A stretch of 64,000 nt of DNA from Hypanus sabinus. Lineage: Eukaryota. Position numbers and translations under genes: made by a program. The stretch spans positions 113,832,001-113,896,000 of the forward strand of contig NC_082706.1 in NCBI RefSeq assembly GCF_030144855.1. The letters are read 5' to 3'. Positions 1 to 13,300 of this stretch are shown here, in pieces. How positions within the stretch are numbered: the stretch's first letter is position 1; every line of letters begins with the position of its first letter. Below the pieces are notes generated by a model that worked only from the letters and a program-made list of their open reading frames with translations, searched no databases and was not told the DNA's origin.

Positions 1-636
1 TCGTGTGGATAATTAGGATTGATACAGATGTATATAGGCGTGGATGAGGGAAGCCGAAAGGGCACATTTTTGTGTGTATGCTTCCATAATTTTCAAATCT
101 TTCCTAAACTGTAGTGTCCATTATTGGATGTAGATGGCCAAACCAGAGTTTCATAAAGATTTGAATTAATTTCCTTTTATACTCCTCACCTCAGTTCATG
201 AAGCCCATTCCTCAACATGTTACTTTGAGAGATTTATGCACACCCACATTGATGTCCCTCACCCTGCACGCACTTTAGAGCTCTACAATTAAAACACTGT
301 ATTATCTCCCCACATTTTCTTCTGTCAAAATGTTCACTTCACACATCAGAATTGCATTTCATCTGTCACTTATTTGTCCATTCTGCAAGCCTACTATACC
401 TTTTCAGATGTTATGCCACGTGTCCATGTACAAATAAATCATATATATACATAAATAATTGATCCCAGCATCAGTCCCTGGAGAGTACCATTGTGAACCA
501 CTATCCAGTCAGAAAAACAACAATTTACTATGATTCTCTGCTTATCATCCCAGGAAATTGTAAAATCTGTGACTAATGGTTAGCCTTTTATCTATTTTAT
601 TCCTGCTCTAGAAAACTCTCTGTCCCTTATCCCTAC

Positions 637-752
637 TCTCAGCCTGAAGCATCAACTGTTCATATCCCTTCATAGATGCTGACTGAACTGCTGAGTACCT
701 CCAGCATTGTGTGTGTCTACACAACATTTAGTATCTTCAGAATCTCGTGTCA
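637..752 (+). mobile_element. Penelope-like element terminal fragment with decayed hammerhead remnant
   Basis: catagatgctgactgaactgctgagtacctccagcattgtgtgtg matches the PLE terminus at 24370-24420. Confidence 0.7.
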
Positions 753-1839
753 CTTATCCATTAATTAGCCTGAGTTATATTCTGTAGCCTATGGCATGAT
801 TTTCCAAAGCCCTCATTTCTGTTTTCTGATTATGCCTGCACTGAAGTACTGTGTCAGAAGGCTTTCAGATGTCCTTAGACAAATATACTGCATTGCCTTT
901 CTTGATTGTGTTGGAAATCAACTTGCATAACAATTTGAATAAATCATCAAATATATATCTTATTTATTAGATGTTTGATAGATACTGGTCAAACCACAGG
1001 AAAAGCTCCTTTCTCTTGTTTAAGTTGTGCTCTAGGAACACTTACAATAACTTGAGAGAACAGGGAAAGCCTTTTGGTTTATCATCGCACACAAAAGACA
1101 ACATCCCCAGCAGCATAGCACCTAGTCAACGTTACATTGAGGTGTACGGCTTTTTACTGTTATCACACAACACTGCAAGCCCTGAGACTCATCTGACACA
1201 AGAGAGTTGAAGATTGTTTGTGAGGAAGGAGGAAGAACAGACAACAAAATAGAGAAAGAGGAAGAAAAAGCCATGATTTGGGTAGGGCGATTGGGAATGG
1301 ATAAGTTAACAAATTTCACAACATACGCCGGTGATAATAAACCTGATTATGCGAGAGAATATCTTAGTGTTTATTGGTTTATTACTGTCACGTGTACCGA
1401 GATACACTGGAAACTAAAGTTTTACAAATCATCCTTACAGACCATTACAAAATATAATTATATTGAGATATTACAAGGAAAAAGCAATAACAGAATGCAG
1501 ATTATGTTTAGCATTATAGAGAAGGTTCATTGCAGGTAAATATTAGGGTGCAATGGAATTGGGTAAAAGTGAAGATGTCTAGAGTAGGTGGGGTCTTTGA
1601 CTGTGCTGGCTGCTTTATTAAGGCAGCCAGAAGTGTGGATAGAGTCTATGTTTCATTAATATTCCCAAAGTAATTCATACCGATATGCATTTTTCTAACA
1701 ACATGGGAAGCACTACGTCCTTTCAGTCCTATGCCAGCTTTCAGAGAAATCCTATTGTTACCATTCCCCGATTATTCTCTCTCATTTGCCTCTGAATTTC
1801 CCCCCACCACCCCCCCCAACTCTCCCACCACCCACAAAC

Positions 1840-1978
1840 ACTGGGGCCAATTCATCTTTGCTGATAATCCTCCCAGCACATCTTTGGTAAGTGGGAGGAA
1901 ACCCACACAGTCATGGGTTGAATGTTCAACTTCCATGTTACACCCTAAATCCCGGAGCTGTGTGACCACCATGTCACC
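1840..1978 (-). mobile_element. Degenerate V-SINE-like fragment
   Basis: catctttggtaagtgggaggaaacc matches the V-domain of the copy at 59945-59975. Confidence 0.55.
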
Positions 1979-3129
1979 TCAGGACCTTCTTTTCCATTCT
2001 CCATCTCCAATTTTTTCCCCACTATTCCAAGCATAGCTAGTTATAAGATTACAAAAAAATTCGGAGCGGGAGAAAATACTGGCATATTTGGATATAACAT
2101 GCAAACAGGCAGGAAAATCTCTATTAAAACTGCTGGGGAATCGTGAGTGAAACAGGAACGACAAGTGAATAGTTAGCATTTGATTTAAATGGAAATAGAA
2201 AGAATTGGAATTATCACAGATTATCTTGAAAAGCACGGGATTGTGTTTTTGATTAAAATTGGGATTAGGAAACACTTCTTAATTGAATCAGAGTTAGATT
2301 CCAAGCATTAGAGCTGCTGCTGAATTACAGAAAACAGGAAATATGCTGGGAGTTATCAGCATAATGCAGGCATGTAGGACATCAAGCCAAAAGGGCAGGG
2401 GATTGATTTTTTTTTAACATTAGATTCTTATTAGACATGCGAGGTCTCACTGCAATCATCACTGTAAAAAAAAATGAGGTACATTTGAATTCCTTTCTCA
2501 GGGGTGGTTTGCATACAGGGATGTTCACTTCTAAGGGATGAATACTGCAGGCACTGCTTCTTTAAGATCAGCCTTCTGTCATCTGTCCTGTTTATGGAAA
2601 CTCTGTCAAAGTGTTGCTCAGTTCACTGGGGCCGTGTTCCGGCCAGTTACAAAGACTTACAGATGGTTGGAGGGGGGTGCTGTGGAGTGGAGGGAAATGG
2701 TATTACTGCTGCTGCCCTCTGCTGACCAACTGTGTTCATAACAAGGAGTGAAAATCCCTCTGAGAAAAAAAACACAGCAGCAGAAATGAACCAAGACCCA
2801 GAATTTTCTGGAAACGATGGTAAAGATCAATATTGGGCTCCAATAATTAGCAAATTCAGAAGTCAGTGGTGAGATTTACCGAGTGTAATGCCACTTTATG
2901 TTGTGGAGGAGCAGTAGGTCCCATCTATGAGGCCTCGAAAAATTATACCATTCATAACATAATTTCATTGCATCAATACATTGAGGTTGTACGAATGAAA
3001 GTAATACTGAATATGTGATGACATTTACGGAGAAAATCAGCAAATGCAGGCAGACAATAAGGTGCAAGGCCATAATGGGGTAGATTGTGAGGTCAAGAAT
3101 CCATCTTATTGTACAAGAGGTTTGCTCAG

Positions 3130-3500
3130 TAATCTTATAACAATAGGTCAGAATGCTGTAACATATTGTAATCAATTCACATCTCTCCTAAACCCCAGGA
3201 TATATGTGCCTAGCTTATCCAACTTTTCCTCATAAAGCAACCTGCCTGTTCCAGGTATCAGATAAATTTGTCTGAACTGCTTCCTGCTCATTTGCATCCT
3301 TCCTTAAATTAGGAGACCAAAATTGTACACTTAAGATTTTATTTCACCAATACCATATATATCTGAAGCATAGCTCTCTACTTTTGGATTTTACTCCAAA
3401 CATTAATATTCTGTAAGCGTTCCTGATTAATGTACTATCTTACCTAGCTAGCATTTTGCAAATCATGTCAGTAGAACACCTATCTGCATCTCAGAGCTCT
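3130..3500 (-). mobile_element. Old CR1 LINE fragment
   Basis: tccttccttaaattaggagaccaaaattgtacac resembles the reverse of the CR1 ORF2 (VQFWSPYLRKD) coding region. Confidence 0.55.
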
Positions 3501-4061
3501 GAAACTCCCTTAATTTATCTTTCCTATCAAAACTGGTAATCAATATTTGGTTTATTATTCTCACATGAGCTGAATCACAGTGAAAAAGGATTTTTATATT
3601 CCATCCATACAGATCATTCCAAATATAAGGTAGTACAGAAGATAAAAGCAACTACAAATTGGGAAATATAGTTTTATAGTTAGAGGAAGTGCAGAACAAG
3701 TATACAAGTACAATGCAAGGGCCACGGCGAGGTAGATTTAAGAGATCAAACGTTCATCTTAACGTGCAAGAGGTCTGTTGAGACTTTAAGACTGGTGGTG
3801 CATCTTTTCAGACATTTGTGTCAAAAGAGAAAGGTTCTTGGTAATTGTGCTAAAAGGATTTAAATGCATCAATGCGAAAAATGTTGTGTACAAAACCCAA
3901 GATGCAGCAACTGACAGAGTGTGAAGGAAGATGTAATCACCACCTTCAAGAGAAGACTGGAGTAATATTTGAAAGTACATTGTAGGACTATGGGAAAATG
4001 TGAGGAATTGGACCTGCTAGCAGTATTGTGACGTGAAAGACAGCAAAATTTTGATTGCAAC

Positions 4062-4216
4062 ATTTAAGATAAGATTCAATAAGTACATGGATGGGAGGCA
4101 TATGGAGGACTATGGTCTAGGTGCAGGTCAGTGGGTTTAAGCAGATTAATAGTTTGGCATTGACTACATGAGCCGTAGAGCTTGTTTCTGTGCTGCAATC
4201 TCTATGACTCTATAAC
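4062..4216 (+). mobile_element. CR1 LINE 3' end
   Basis: catttaag...gtacatggatgggagg...tttctgtgctgcaatctctatgactcta; same 3' tail as other CR1 copies in the window. Confidence 0.65.
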
Positions 4217-5094
4217 CTATAAAAAATTTATAATTGATTGAGAGCAGTAATGTTATACATTATACTTTATTAAATCTTTGGGATTTGAACAGTTATTACT
4301 AGTGTGGTAATGGGTCATGTGTTAAACAGCTTAATTAAAGCTAGTTGCTATGGTGATTTGTCAGGCAGCAGAAAGTTGTTTGATTATGTGTATAAAAGAT
4401 TTTCCAGTGATGGAGAGAACTTCACTTTTAGGTTGGTATTGTAAGTGGTGTCAACTGCCTTAAACCAGAGAAGATACTCTTATATTCACTGTTGCCAGGA
4501 GCCCCTGACAGTAGAAGAAATGAAAGAACATTGTTTTGCTTGAGAAACTGTTTGTTTCTTGGGTTAATTGACTGAATTTCCCTGTTGAACCTTGGTCACA
4601 TATGGTGTCAAGGGTTTATTAAAGAGGTTTGCTATTGGCAGGGGTCTGCACCAGCAGAAGGCCTACGAGAGTTGAGTTTACTTGTAATGGGACAGTCTGC
4701 TTTTTTTTGCTTGATATTAATTGCTTAATAAAACAATTTTCTTGAACATATTGCAGCCCTGTTTAATAAACCAGCATCTTTAAACAATGGCTTTGCTCTT
4801 GCAAAGACTCAACATGAAGATGAAAGGCCATTCTGTACATGGCTAGCAGTGCCATTTTGAGCATTTATGCAGTGACGCCAACTATTCAATATATCCATGA
4901 ATGACTGATAACACAATAATGTTACAAAAATAATTGTTAGATGAAATACTTTTGTAACAGGTGAATGTGAGATCATCCATTTTAAGGAATAAAATCTGGA
5001 AAAAGAGGGGTTCCAAAGAGTTATAAAATATTCATTAACATTCACCATGAAAATGTAGTTTGGTACAGAACTAACCCAAGAATATACTTTGAAA

Positions 5095-5505
5095 TTTAGA
5101 CCAGGAGTAGGTCACCAAGTAAGTCAAGCTTGGGCTCCCTTTTGATATGATCATGGCTGATCCAAATTTATTTATAATGAGCTGGCCTCCATCACCCCCA
5201 GGGCAGAGAATTCCAGAGATTCATTATCCTCTGAAAGCAGAAATTTTCAAACACTCAGTATTAAATGAACAGCCCTTTATTTTGTAGCTATGTGCCCTTG
5301 CTTAAGCTCTTCAACTAGTGAAAACATCTCCGTTTTTACCCTGCCAAGCCCCCTGAGAATTTTGTTTGTTTGAATATGTTCTCCCCTTATTCATCTGAAC
5401 TCCAGGGAACACAGACCCAAACTGTTTAGCATCTGTTGATGGAACAACACTCCATCCCTAGAATTAGCCTGATGAATCTCCCCAGGACTGCTTTCATTGC
5501 TACTG
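5095..5505 (-). mobile_element. Old CR1 LINE 3' fragment
   Basis: caggagtaggtcacc...gggcagagaattccagagattc; homologous to 54345-54850. Confidence 0.65.
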
Positions 5506-6594
5506 CAGTACCGTTGGTACATTATCTCTGCAAAGTCCTGCAGCTTCATTGGATGGATAAATGAACAAGTGTCATCATTCTCTCCCAGGCTAGGGTTCCC
5601 TCCACTGAGGCTCTGACTACACTCGTTTGCCGACCAGCCATGTCATTCATGTGCCTGGCACTTGCTACTGCTTTCTCAAAGGTGCTTAGAAAAGATGCAA
5701 CATCTGCATTCCTGCTGGATTGAGAGTGCTCAAAACAGGGAAAGGGGCATCTAGGATGGAATTGAGAACCTCATGCTCATTGAGAGAGAGCACAAGAAAG
5801 TCCAAGGTAAATGGTAGAAGGAGCCCCCCCCCCCACCCAATCTCACAAAGTACCCATGCATCACCAATCTCCTGTCCCTTCTTTGCATCCCATGCTGACT
5901 TCACAGAACTATAGTGGAATCAAATCTCTGAAGGTCAGCCCAAAATGATTAATGTATTGATTTTAGTAGGCCATGCTATTAGTTTTTCTTTCTTAGATTC
6001 ATTATCTTTTTTTTTACATCTTTAAGAACATGTTTAAGGAATCTGAAACTGTTAGCTACGGAATTGAAAAGCTGACATAATGGGTATAAATGATGGTTTG
6101 ATAATTTTACTGTCACTTTTACATATAATGAGGAACTTACTGGAGAAAGATGGCAATATTTATATGCTTTTATTGGCACTGGATTGTTTGTGCCATTTTC
6201 TTTGTATCATTGATTGGCATTACATTTTGACTTCAATACCAATCAGCAAGACTGGCATGGTATCTGACATTAATTGATTTTGATGTTGCAATATACACTG
6301 ATAAATTATCTCCTTTCCTCTTACAAATGAACTCAGTAATTCCTAAGATGACATCATTCGAATTTGTGGTGTGCCATCTCTCCTCTTTTCCCTGATAGTT
6401 CATCTATGGCCCTAAATGTAATGAAACACTTTCCAATGACTCCGTAAGGGATTTTGATTGATGTATGGTGGTTGAAAAGCTTTTGAACAACTCTCAATTC
6501 ATTCAGCATCTTACATTTTAACCAGGAGCAGGAAGATAGAGGTTAAGTTCTAAGATGAAGTTTTATTCTCTGTATTGGATACCACTTTTATAAA

Positions 6595-6850
6595 TAGAGG
6601 TATGATCTCAGAATAAGGGGTAAATCATTAGAACTGAGATTGGGAGAAATTTCTTTACAGTGGGTTGAAAATATTTTGAATTCTCCATAGGAAAGGCTGT
6701 GGGTACTCAGTTCCTCCATACATTCAAAGCTGCGATTAATAGCTTTTGAGGCATTGAGGAAATACAATAATACTGAGATTGGGCAATAAAGTATTGAAGC
6801 ATGAGCAATGATCTTATTGAATGATTGAGCGTGTTCAAGGGCCCACATTA
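6595..6850 (+). mobile_element. Old CR1 LINE 3' fragment
   Basis: tctcagaataaggggtaaatcattagaactgagattgggagaaatttctt, the CR1 ORF2 C-terminus. Confidence 0.6.
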
Positions 6851-7266
6851 GAATGATATTCATTCAGTCCTACCTCTGCCATTTAGTAATCTTCCCCTGG
6901 AACTTTCTTTTAATGACAATGAAGTCAGTCACAGGTTTTCTCTTTCTGTTTTTACTTTTTATTGCCTCAACCTCATGTATTGTCAATTCTCCTATTTCCC
7001 CATTGCATCCTTGAGCCATTTACTCATGCTTGCCATAACCCTTTCCCTTCTCCCCTCTCTGCTTTCTGTTAGTCCTCCTATCTGTGCTTATTCCTTCCTT
7101 GGACATCAATTCATTCCAACCCTCTCCCTTTCATTTATTTATCTCTTCTATTTTTCCATGTTCTTTCTGCTGTTTTTCACTAAATTTAACTAATTTTCAT
7201 TCATTCCTTCACTCTTGTTTGATATAGTTATGCTCAGTAATCTATTTGATGCTTTCCTCTGAACAG

Positions 7267-7351
7267 TATCACTGTGAAGGATCTAAAGACCATGCTTCCT
7301 CAAGTCAACTATAGAGTTCCAAATATGCGGTTCCTGAGAGACAAGTTGTTG
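7267..7351 (+). CDS. PLCG1-like: PLC-gamma exon (~exon 5, 85 nt): [30 protein letters not shown]-hand region
   Basis: Boundaries aacag|t and ttg|gtaagt; matches PLCG1 [27 protein letters not shown]. Confidence 0.95.
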
Positions 7352-10300
7352 GTAAGTGAAAGTAATTCAACCACTGCTTTTGAATTTGTTCCATTTATCA
7401 GAAACTGTGTCTCTTAATGTAATCCGATAAACGTGCTTTATATGACAGAACCGCTTTACGATAGATGCCATAGTATCTGTCATGCACCTGGCCCTGACCC
7501 GCCTAGCAAACAAGGACACTTACATCAAAATGCTGAATGCACAATAGTGGTTGCAATATTGGAAACAGAACACTTTTATTATCATTATGAAAGAATTCCT
7601 AGTAAACCTGACTCTTTGACTTGTCAATTTAGTGTAGCTGTACTGAACTTTTGAAATCAGGAAGCCCCCAAGCAAGTTTCAAAAACTCTTATTTCCCTTA
7701 CCTCAGGAAAAAGCCCTTTACTGAGAAGTTGATTCATTCCTAAACATAAAGACATTAATAAAATGTATCAGGCCATTCAATTCACTGAGCCTGCTGGAGA
7801 GTTCTTTAACAGCATAAGATATAGGAGCCAAATAAGGCCATTCGGTCTGCTCAGCCATTTCATCAAGACTAGTCCGGTTTTCCTCTCAGTCCCAATCCCC
7901 TGCCGTCTCCCCTTATTCTTTCATGCCCTGACCAATCAACAATCAATCAAACTTAAATATGTATAAAGACTTGGACTCCATAGCTGTCACAGAATTCCAC
8001 AGATTCACCACTCTCTGGCTAAAGAAACTCCTCCTCATCTCTGTTCTAAAAGTATGCCCCTCTGTTCTGAGGCAGTGTCCTCTGGTCATAGACTCTCCCA
8101 CCATATTTAACATCCTTTCCACATCCACTATATCAAGGCCTTTCAGCATTCTATAGGTTTCAATGAGGTCACCCCTCATTCTTCTGAATTTGAGTGAATA
8201 CAGGCCAAGAGCCTTCAAATGCTCTTCATGTGACATACCGTTCAATCTTGGACTCATTTGTATGATCATTAATATCACGGCTAATCCAACCTTTAGCCTC
8301 AACACTTTCTTGGCTGGCTTAATAAATCTGTGAATCCCGTCAAATTTATCTGCATCAATCTGATTATATTCACTGACTTAGCATTCATAGCTTCTGGGGA
8401 ATTCAGAAAGAATTCTGAAGACTTATAATCCTCTGAGAGAAAGGATTCATTTCATTACTCTGACATTGCACCTACTGATTTAAGACCTCCCTTCTCACCA
8501 GGTGAAGGTTCCCCTAAATACCCACCCTTTCTCTCATCCTCAGAATCCCACATATTGCAATGAGTTCATTACCAACGGGGCTCCCGTAGAATTGAATTTG
8601 ATAGCACAACTGTCCAGTGGCATGGACACCCATCCTCATGAAGTGCTTTGAGCAGCTAATAATGGCACATATCCAAAACTCCATTCCTGCCACATTGGAC
8701 AGTCACCACCATGCCTTCTGCCATGCACCTGCCCCTGACACACCCAGGAAACAGGGACACTTACAGCAGAATGCTGTTTCTGGATTTCAGTTTAGCATGC
8801 AACACTATTGCCTGGCAGACTCTGGTGAGCAAATTCCTATCTCTTGGTCTAAATGCACCTTGTACAACTGGTTGTTGGACTTCCTAACGAACAGACCTGA
8901 GATAGTCAGGATGCATAACTGTTCCCCGAGAGCTGTGCACTCTGCTCACACATGACCGCACAGCTGACCACTCCAGCAATCATATTGTCAAGTTCTCCAA
9001 AGGCACAGCAGTGGTGGGGCCCAACAACAGTGATGAGATGGCTTACAGAGAAGAGATGGAAGAGCTCGAGGCCCTGGTGTTAGTCAAATAACATCTTCCT
9101 TAATGTCAACAAGACAAAGGAGATGGTTATCAACTTCAGGAGAACTTGCACCAATCACAGCCCCTTTTACATCGGCGGCACTACAAGCAGTTTCAGACTT
9201 CTGGATGTGCAAATCACATGTGACCTCCCATGGTTCCAAAAGCTCATCCTACACAGTCAAGAAAGCTCATCAAGGTTTCTACTTTCTGAGGAGGTTGAAG
9301 AGAACTGGATCTTGCACATTCATACTCACATCATTCTACAGATGCACGATAAAGAGCATCCTAACAAACTGCATCACTGCTTGCTATGGAAATTGCTCTG
9401 TGGCAGACAGAAAGGCTCTACAGTGGATGGTCAAAACTGCCCAATGCTTCACCAGCACCGGGTCACCCATCATCGAGGACATACAGTATATACAGAAAGG
9501 AGCGGGAAAAGCGCCAGTGAAGGAGCCCACCCACCCTGCTCATGGACTGCCCATAAAAGAGGAAGCTATGTAACATCCATGCCAGGACTACCAGGCTCAA
9601 TAACAGTTACTTTCCCCAAGCAGGAAGGCTGATCAACACCTCCACCCACTAACTCACTACTACTTTATTATTTTCTGTCAGTCACCTTATGTACAGCTTA
9701 GCATCAATTTATGGACATACAATCATTCTATTTCTACCAAGATAACTTCAGTGTTTATATTTATTGTATTTTAAGTTATTATTGGGTTCTTTATTGTTTG
9801 TGTTTTTTGATCTGGAGTAACAATTATTTTGTTCTTCTTTATACTTGTGTACTAGAAATCACAAACAACCTTGAAGCTTGTTATAACCCAACCTGATAAT
9901 AATGACAATTTCAGTTTGGTTTTGAGTGTGTGTGCTGCTTGTCTGTGCCTTTAAAATCCTGGACCATGAATAAGCAACCTGTTAAATGAGGGATATTTCC
10001 CAGGTCTACTGAACAGTTCATAACAAAGTTACACAAACAAAATGCTGGAGGAACCAGCAGGTCAGGCAGCATCAGTGGAGAGAAATAAGGAGTCGATACC
10101 CCGATGAAAACTTTGACTCGTTATTCCTCTCTATAGATGATGTCTGATCTGCTGTTCCTCCAGCACTTGTGTGTGTTACTCAGGATTTCCTGCATCTGCA
10201 GAATCTCATGCGTTCATGATTTCATAAAAAAAGGAACTGAATTTAGGGGATATCAGTGAGACTTCATAACTTTTATTCTGCTTGCTTAGGTATTGCAAAA

Positions 10301-13300
10301 GATCACATTGCACTATTTGAGGACAGGAGGCAGTTTTCCTTGAACGACATTGTTTTCTCAGTCAAACTGACTCTACACTGATTAAGTGTCCATTCATTAA
10401 GTATTTTTATGTGAGTTATTGCGTGCAAGTTGTTTGATGTAACACCTCCCATATTTCAGATGTAGTTCTTTTTTGGGATATCTTGAGGATATGATAAGCT
10501 ATTAACATAAACAAAGGCCTTTCATTTATTCTTTATGCCATTCTGACATTATGTCAGCTTGCCATTGGATAATGGTTGCCAAGATATTATGCATTACTCC
10601 AGTTCCCTTGTGGCAGAAAGAACCATGTAAATCTCCCAGTATGAACATTCTATTGTAATCTCTGATCATTCCCATTGTTTTAGCTTCCTTGCCATAATGC
10701 ACATGAAACCCATGATGCCTGTACCATTTCTCCTCACTGCTATATACTCTTCTTACGAGAGAGAGTGCAAACTCCGTAGTTTGTCGTTCAACCTTCTCCT
10801 CCCAATTTAAGACAATGACACAAAAACACTTCTCAAATCCAACGAATCCATTTTATAGATTTTGCCATGTAGGAAATAGAAGTTGGGCATAGAATGGCCA
10901 TAACTGCTACTGAATGCTGACAAAACATTGAAACCTTATCAGCAATGTAAAGTAAATTCTATACTTCCACAAGGCAATTTGAGGAAATTGGATTCCAGTG
11001 TGTCACTGCTGATGGCACCAGGTTTTGAGATGTGTTCGTTGTGTTATTGTTTTAACATAACTTGAGAAGAAAAAGTTGAAAGAACAGACGCCGATTTGAA
11101 TAGAGCTGAGTTCATACTGTCTCCTACAGTATCTCTAGATTTGTTTTTAACTGCAGAGGAGAAGAAGAAAGCAAGAACAAGAGTGGGGCCATTCAAACTT
11201 TTAAGTGTGCTGTGCTATTCAGTATTATATCATTATTACTGATTAACCATTTCATTAATCCACTCTTATTCTTTCCCTTGATGCCTTCTGTAGAAGTTTA
11301 TTCAGGTTCTTCTTAAAAATATTCAGAAACTTGTTCTCTACAGCTTCAACGGTGGTGAATTCCATGGATTCACCATTTTCTTAGGGAAGAGTTTTAACCG
11401 GATGTCAGCCCTAGATCCTTTGCCCCAAGACAATCACTTATTGTTCCAAACTCTGCAGTCAGGGTAAACATCTTTTTCACATCCAGTCTGCCGAAATCTG
11501 TCAGAATTTTGTAAGTTTCATTCTTTTAAGCTGTATTGAATGCAAACTTTCCTCTGGTCAAGTTAATCTCTCCTCATATGGTTGTCCTGCCTCTCAGGAA
11601 TCTTCACTGTACTCCTTTCTTAGGTGAGAGGATTGAAGCTACACACAGTGTGGTCTCATTATCACTTGGTAAAGCTAAGTGAACTCTTGGTGGAGTGAGG
11701 CAGTCTCACTCTCTGGTGAAGGTACCTTATCAGAGTTCATGAAAGGTGGCTTGAAATTGGGATGTGTGGTGGGAGTAACAAAATTATAGATAGGGGTACA
11801 AATAGGGTGAATCCGTTCTGGATTTTCTCCCATCAGCTTGGGTGAGAGTAGAACTAGGAGGCCATAATTTTAGAGTAAATATTGGAAGGTCCAAGGGGAA
11901 TCTGAGGAGAAATGTCTTCATTCAGAGGCTGGTGCAAATGTATAACAAGCTGCCCACATAAGTGGTGGATATGGGGTCAATGATTACACTTACTGTAAGA
12001 GTACATGGATGAGGGAGATTTGGAAGGATATTGTCGGGTGCAGGTAGATGGGACTAGGCAGATGAGCTGAAGGGTCAGCGTCTGTGCTGTATTACACTAT
12101 GATCTGATAACAGCTGTTCAGATTGGAGATGGTACGCAGTGCACACGCTGTGCTCTGATGGCAGAGAGAGTGAACTTTCGGGACGGTGGATGGGGTACCA
12201 GTCACGTGGGCTGCTTTATCCTGAATGCTGTGACTGGCTTCTGGGTAAGGTTTAATGTCTATGAATTCCAGACTGAGGTGGATGGAAACAAGGTCACTCT
12301 GAAGGTTGTTGGTTGGATCTTTCATCTCATTCATCAATAAACTATCTTTGCTGAAGCCAAATTGCTAACTATTTCCAGTATGAGACAGTGAAACATAAAA
12401 AACTTTTTTATACTTCTAAAAAGTCACAGCAAGCTGAAGGGCTTGTTCTTTAGGGAACTGAAGGTTATTGTAACACATGCAAACAGCTCAAATTCTCTGG
12501 CTCGCCGTGAATCCAGTACATTTGAAACTCTGGGAATATCATGTGCAGAACATAATTGCATGAGAATCAATAATATGGATTGTAATGATACAGTGATACC
12601 CTGAAGCATTTGCTGTATAAGATCTGGGATCAGTAATTTTTAAAAAGATTTTATCTTCAGATTTAATAAAATGAGAGCATCCATGAAGAGGCATTTTGTA
12701 CTTGGCCTGCAGGCAAAGATCAAATTGGATGAGCTAAATTATTTGCAGCTCTTTCCAGTAATCTTTAAGCACAATGGTGCCTCTGCTGGTGAATATGAGA
12801 CAGGCTGTAGATTCATAGTACTTGTTCTTTGTTCATCTTCCTGACAGGAACTGGACACGAGGATGGATATAAACTATGCACACTTTGTTCAATTCTACAG
12901 AAACCTGATGTTTGATGCACAAAAATCAGTGAGTATTTACTTGAAAAGTTGGATCAACTGCAAAATTGATGTACTGATCAATGAATATGAAATTTACTAT
13001 ACTGCATGCAGTTTCTTCTTTATAAAATAATTACATAACTATTTTACTACAATACATATTCACTCTATTGTTTTCTATCATTATATGCAGTTCGGTATCC
13101 TCTACAATAAACAATCCAATAATCCTTGATCTGTTGACAATCTTTATTTTCTTTTAACAAAGCAATTTCCCTACTACACATTTTGCTCCTATTACCTATG
13201 GTAAATCTTGGGCCCATTGTTTTCTATAATTTGGGAAGTGAGTTGCAATGTTAAATATGGCTATTTAATTTGGTGGACATTAATGCACCATTGAAACAGT

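Noticed and set aside
2440-2760. Non-repetitive, GC-richer intronic stretch as an enhancer or extra exon
   Set aside because: No PLC homology or convincing splice pair. Regulatory function cannot be supported without conservation data.
1-7266. Upstream PLC-gamma exon 4 (WLRKQFYSVD-like)
   Set aside because: I could not find a matching exon by eye. It probably lies before the window, although a short divergent exon could have been missed.
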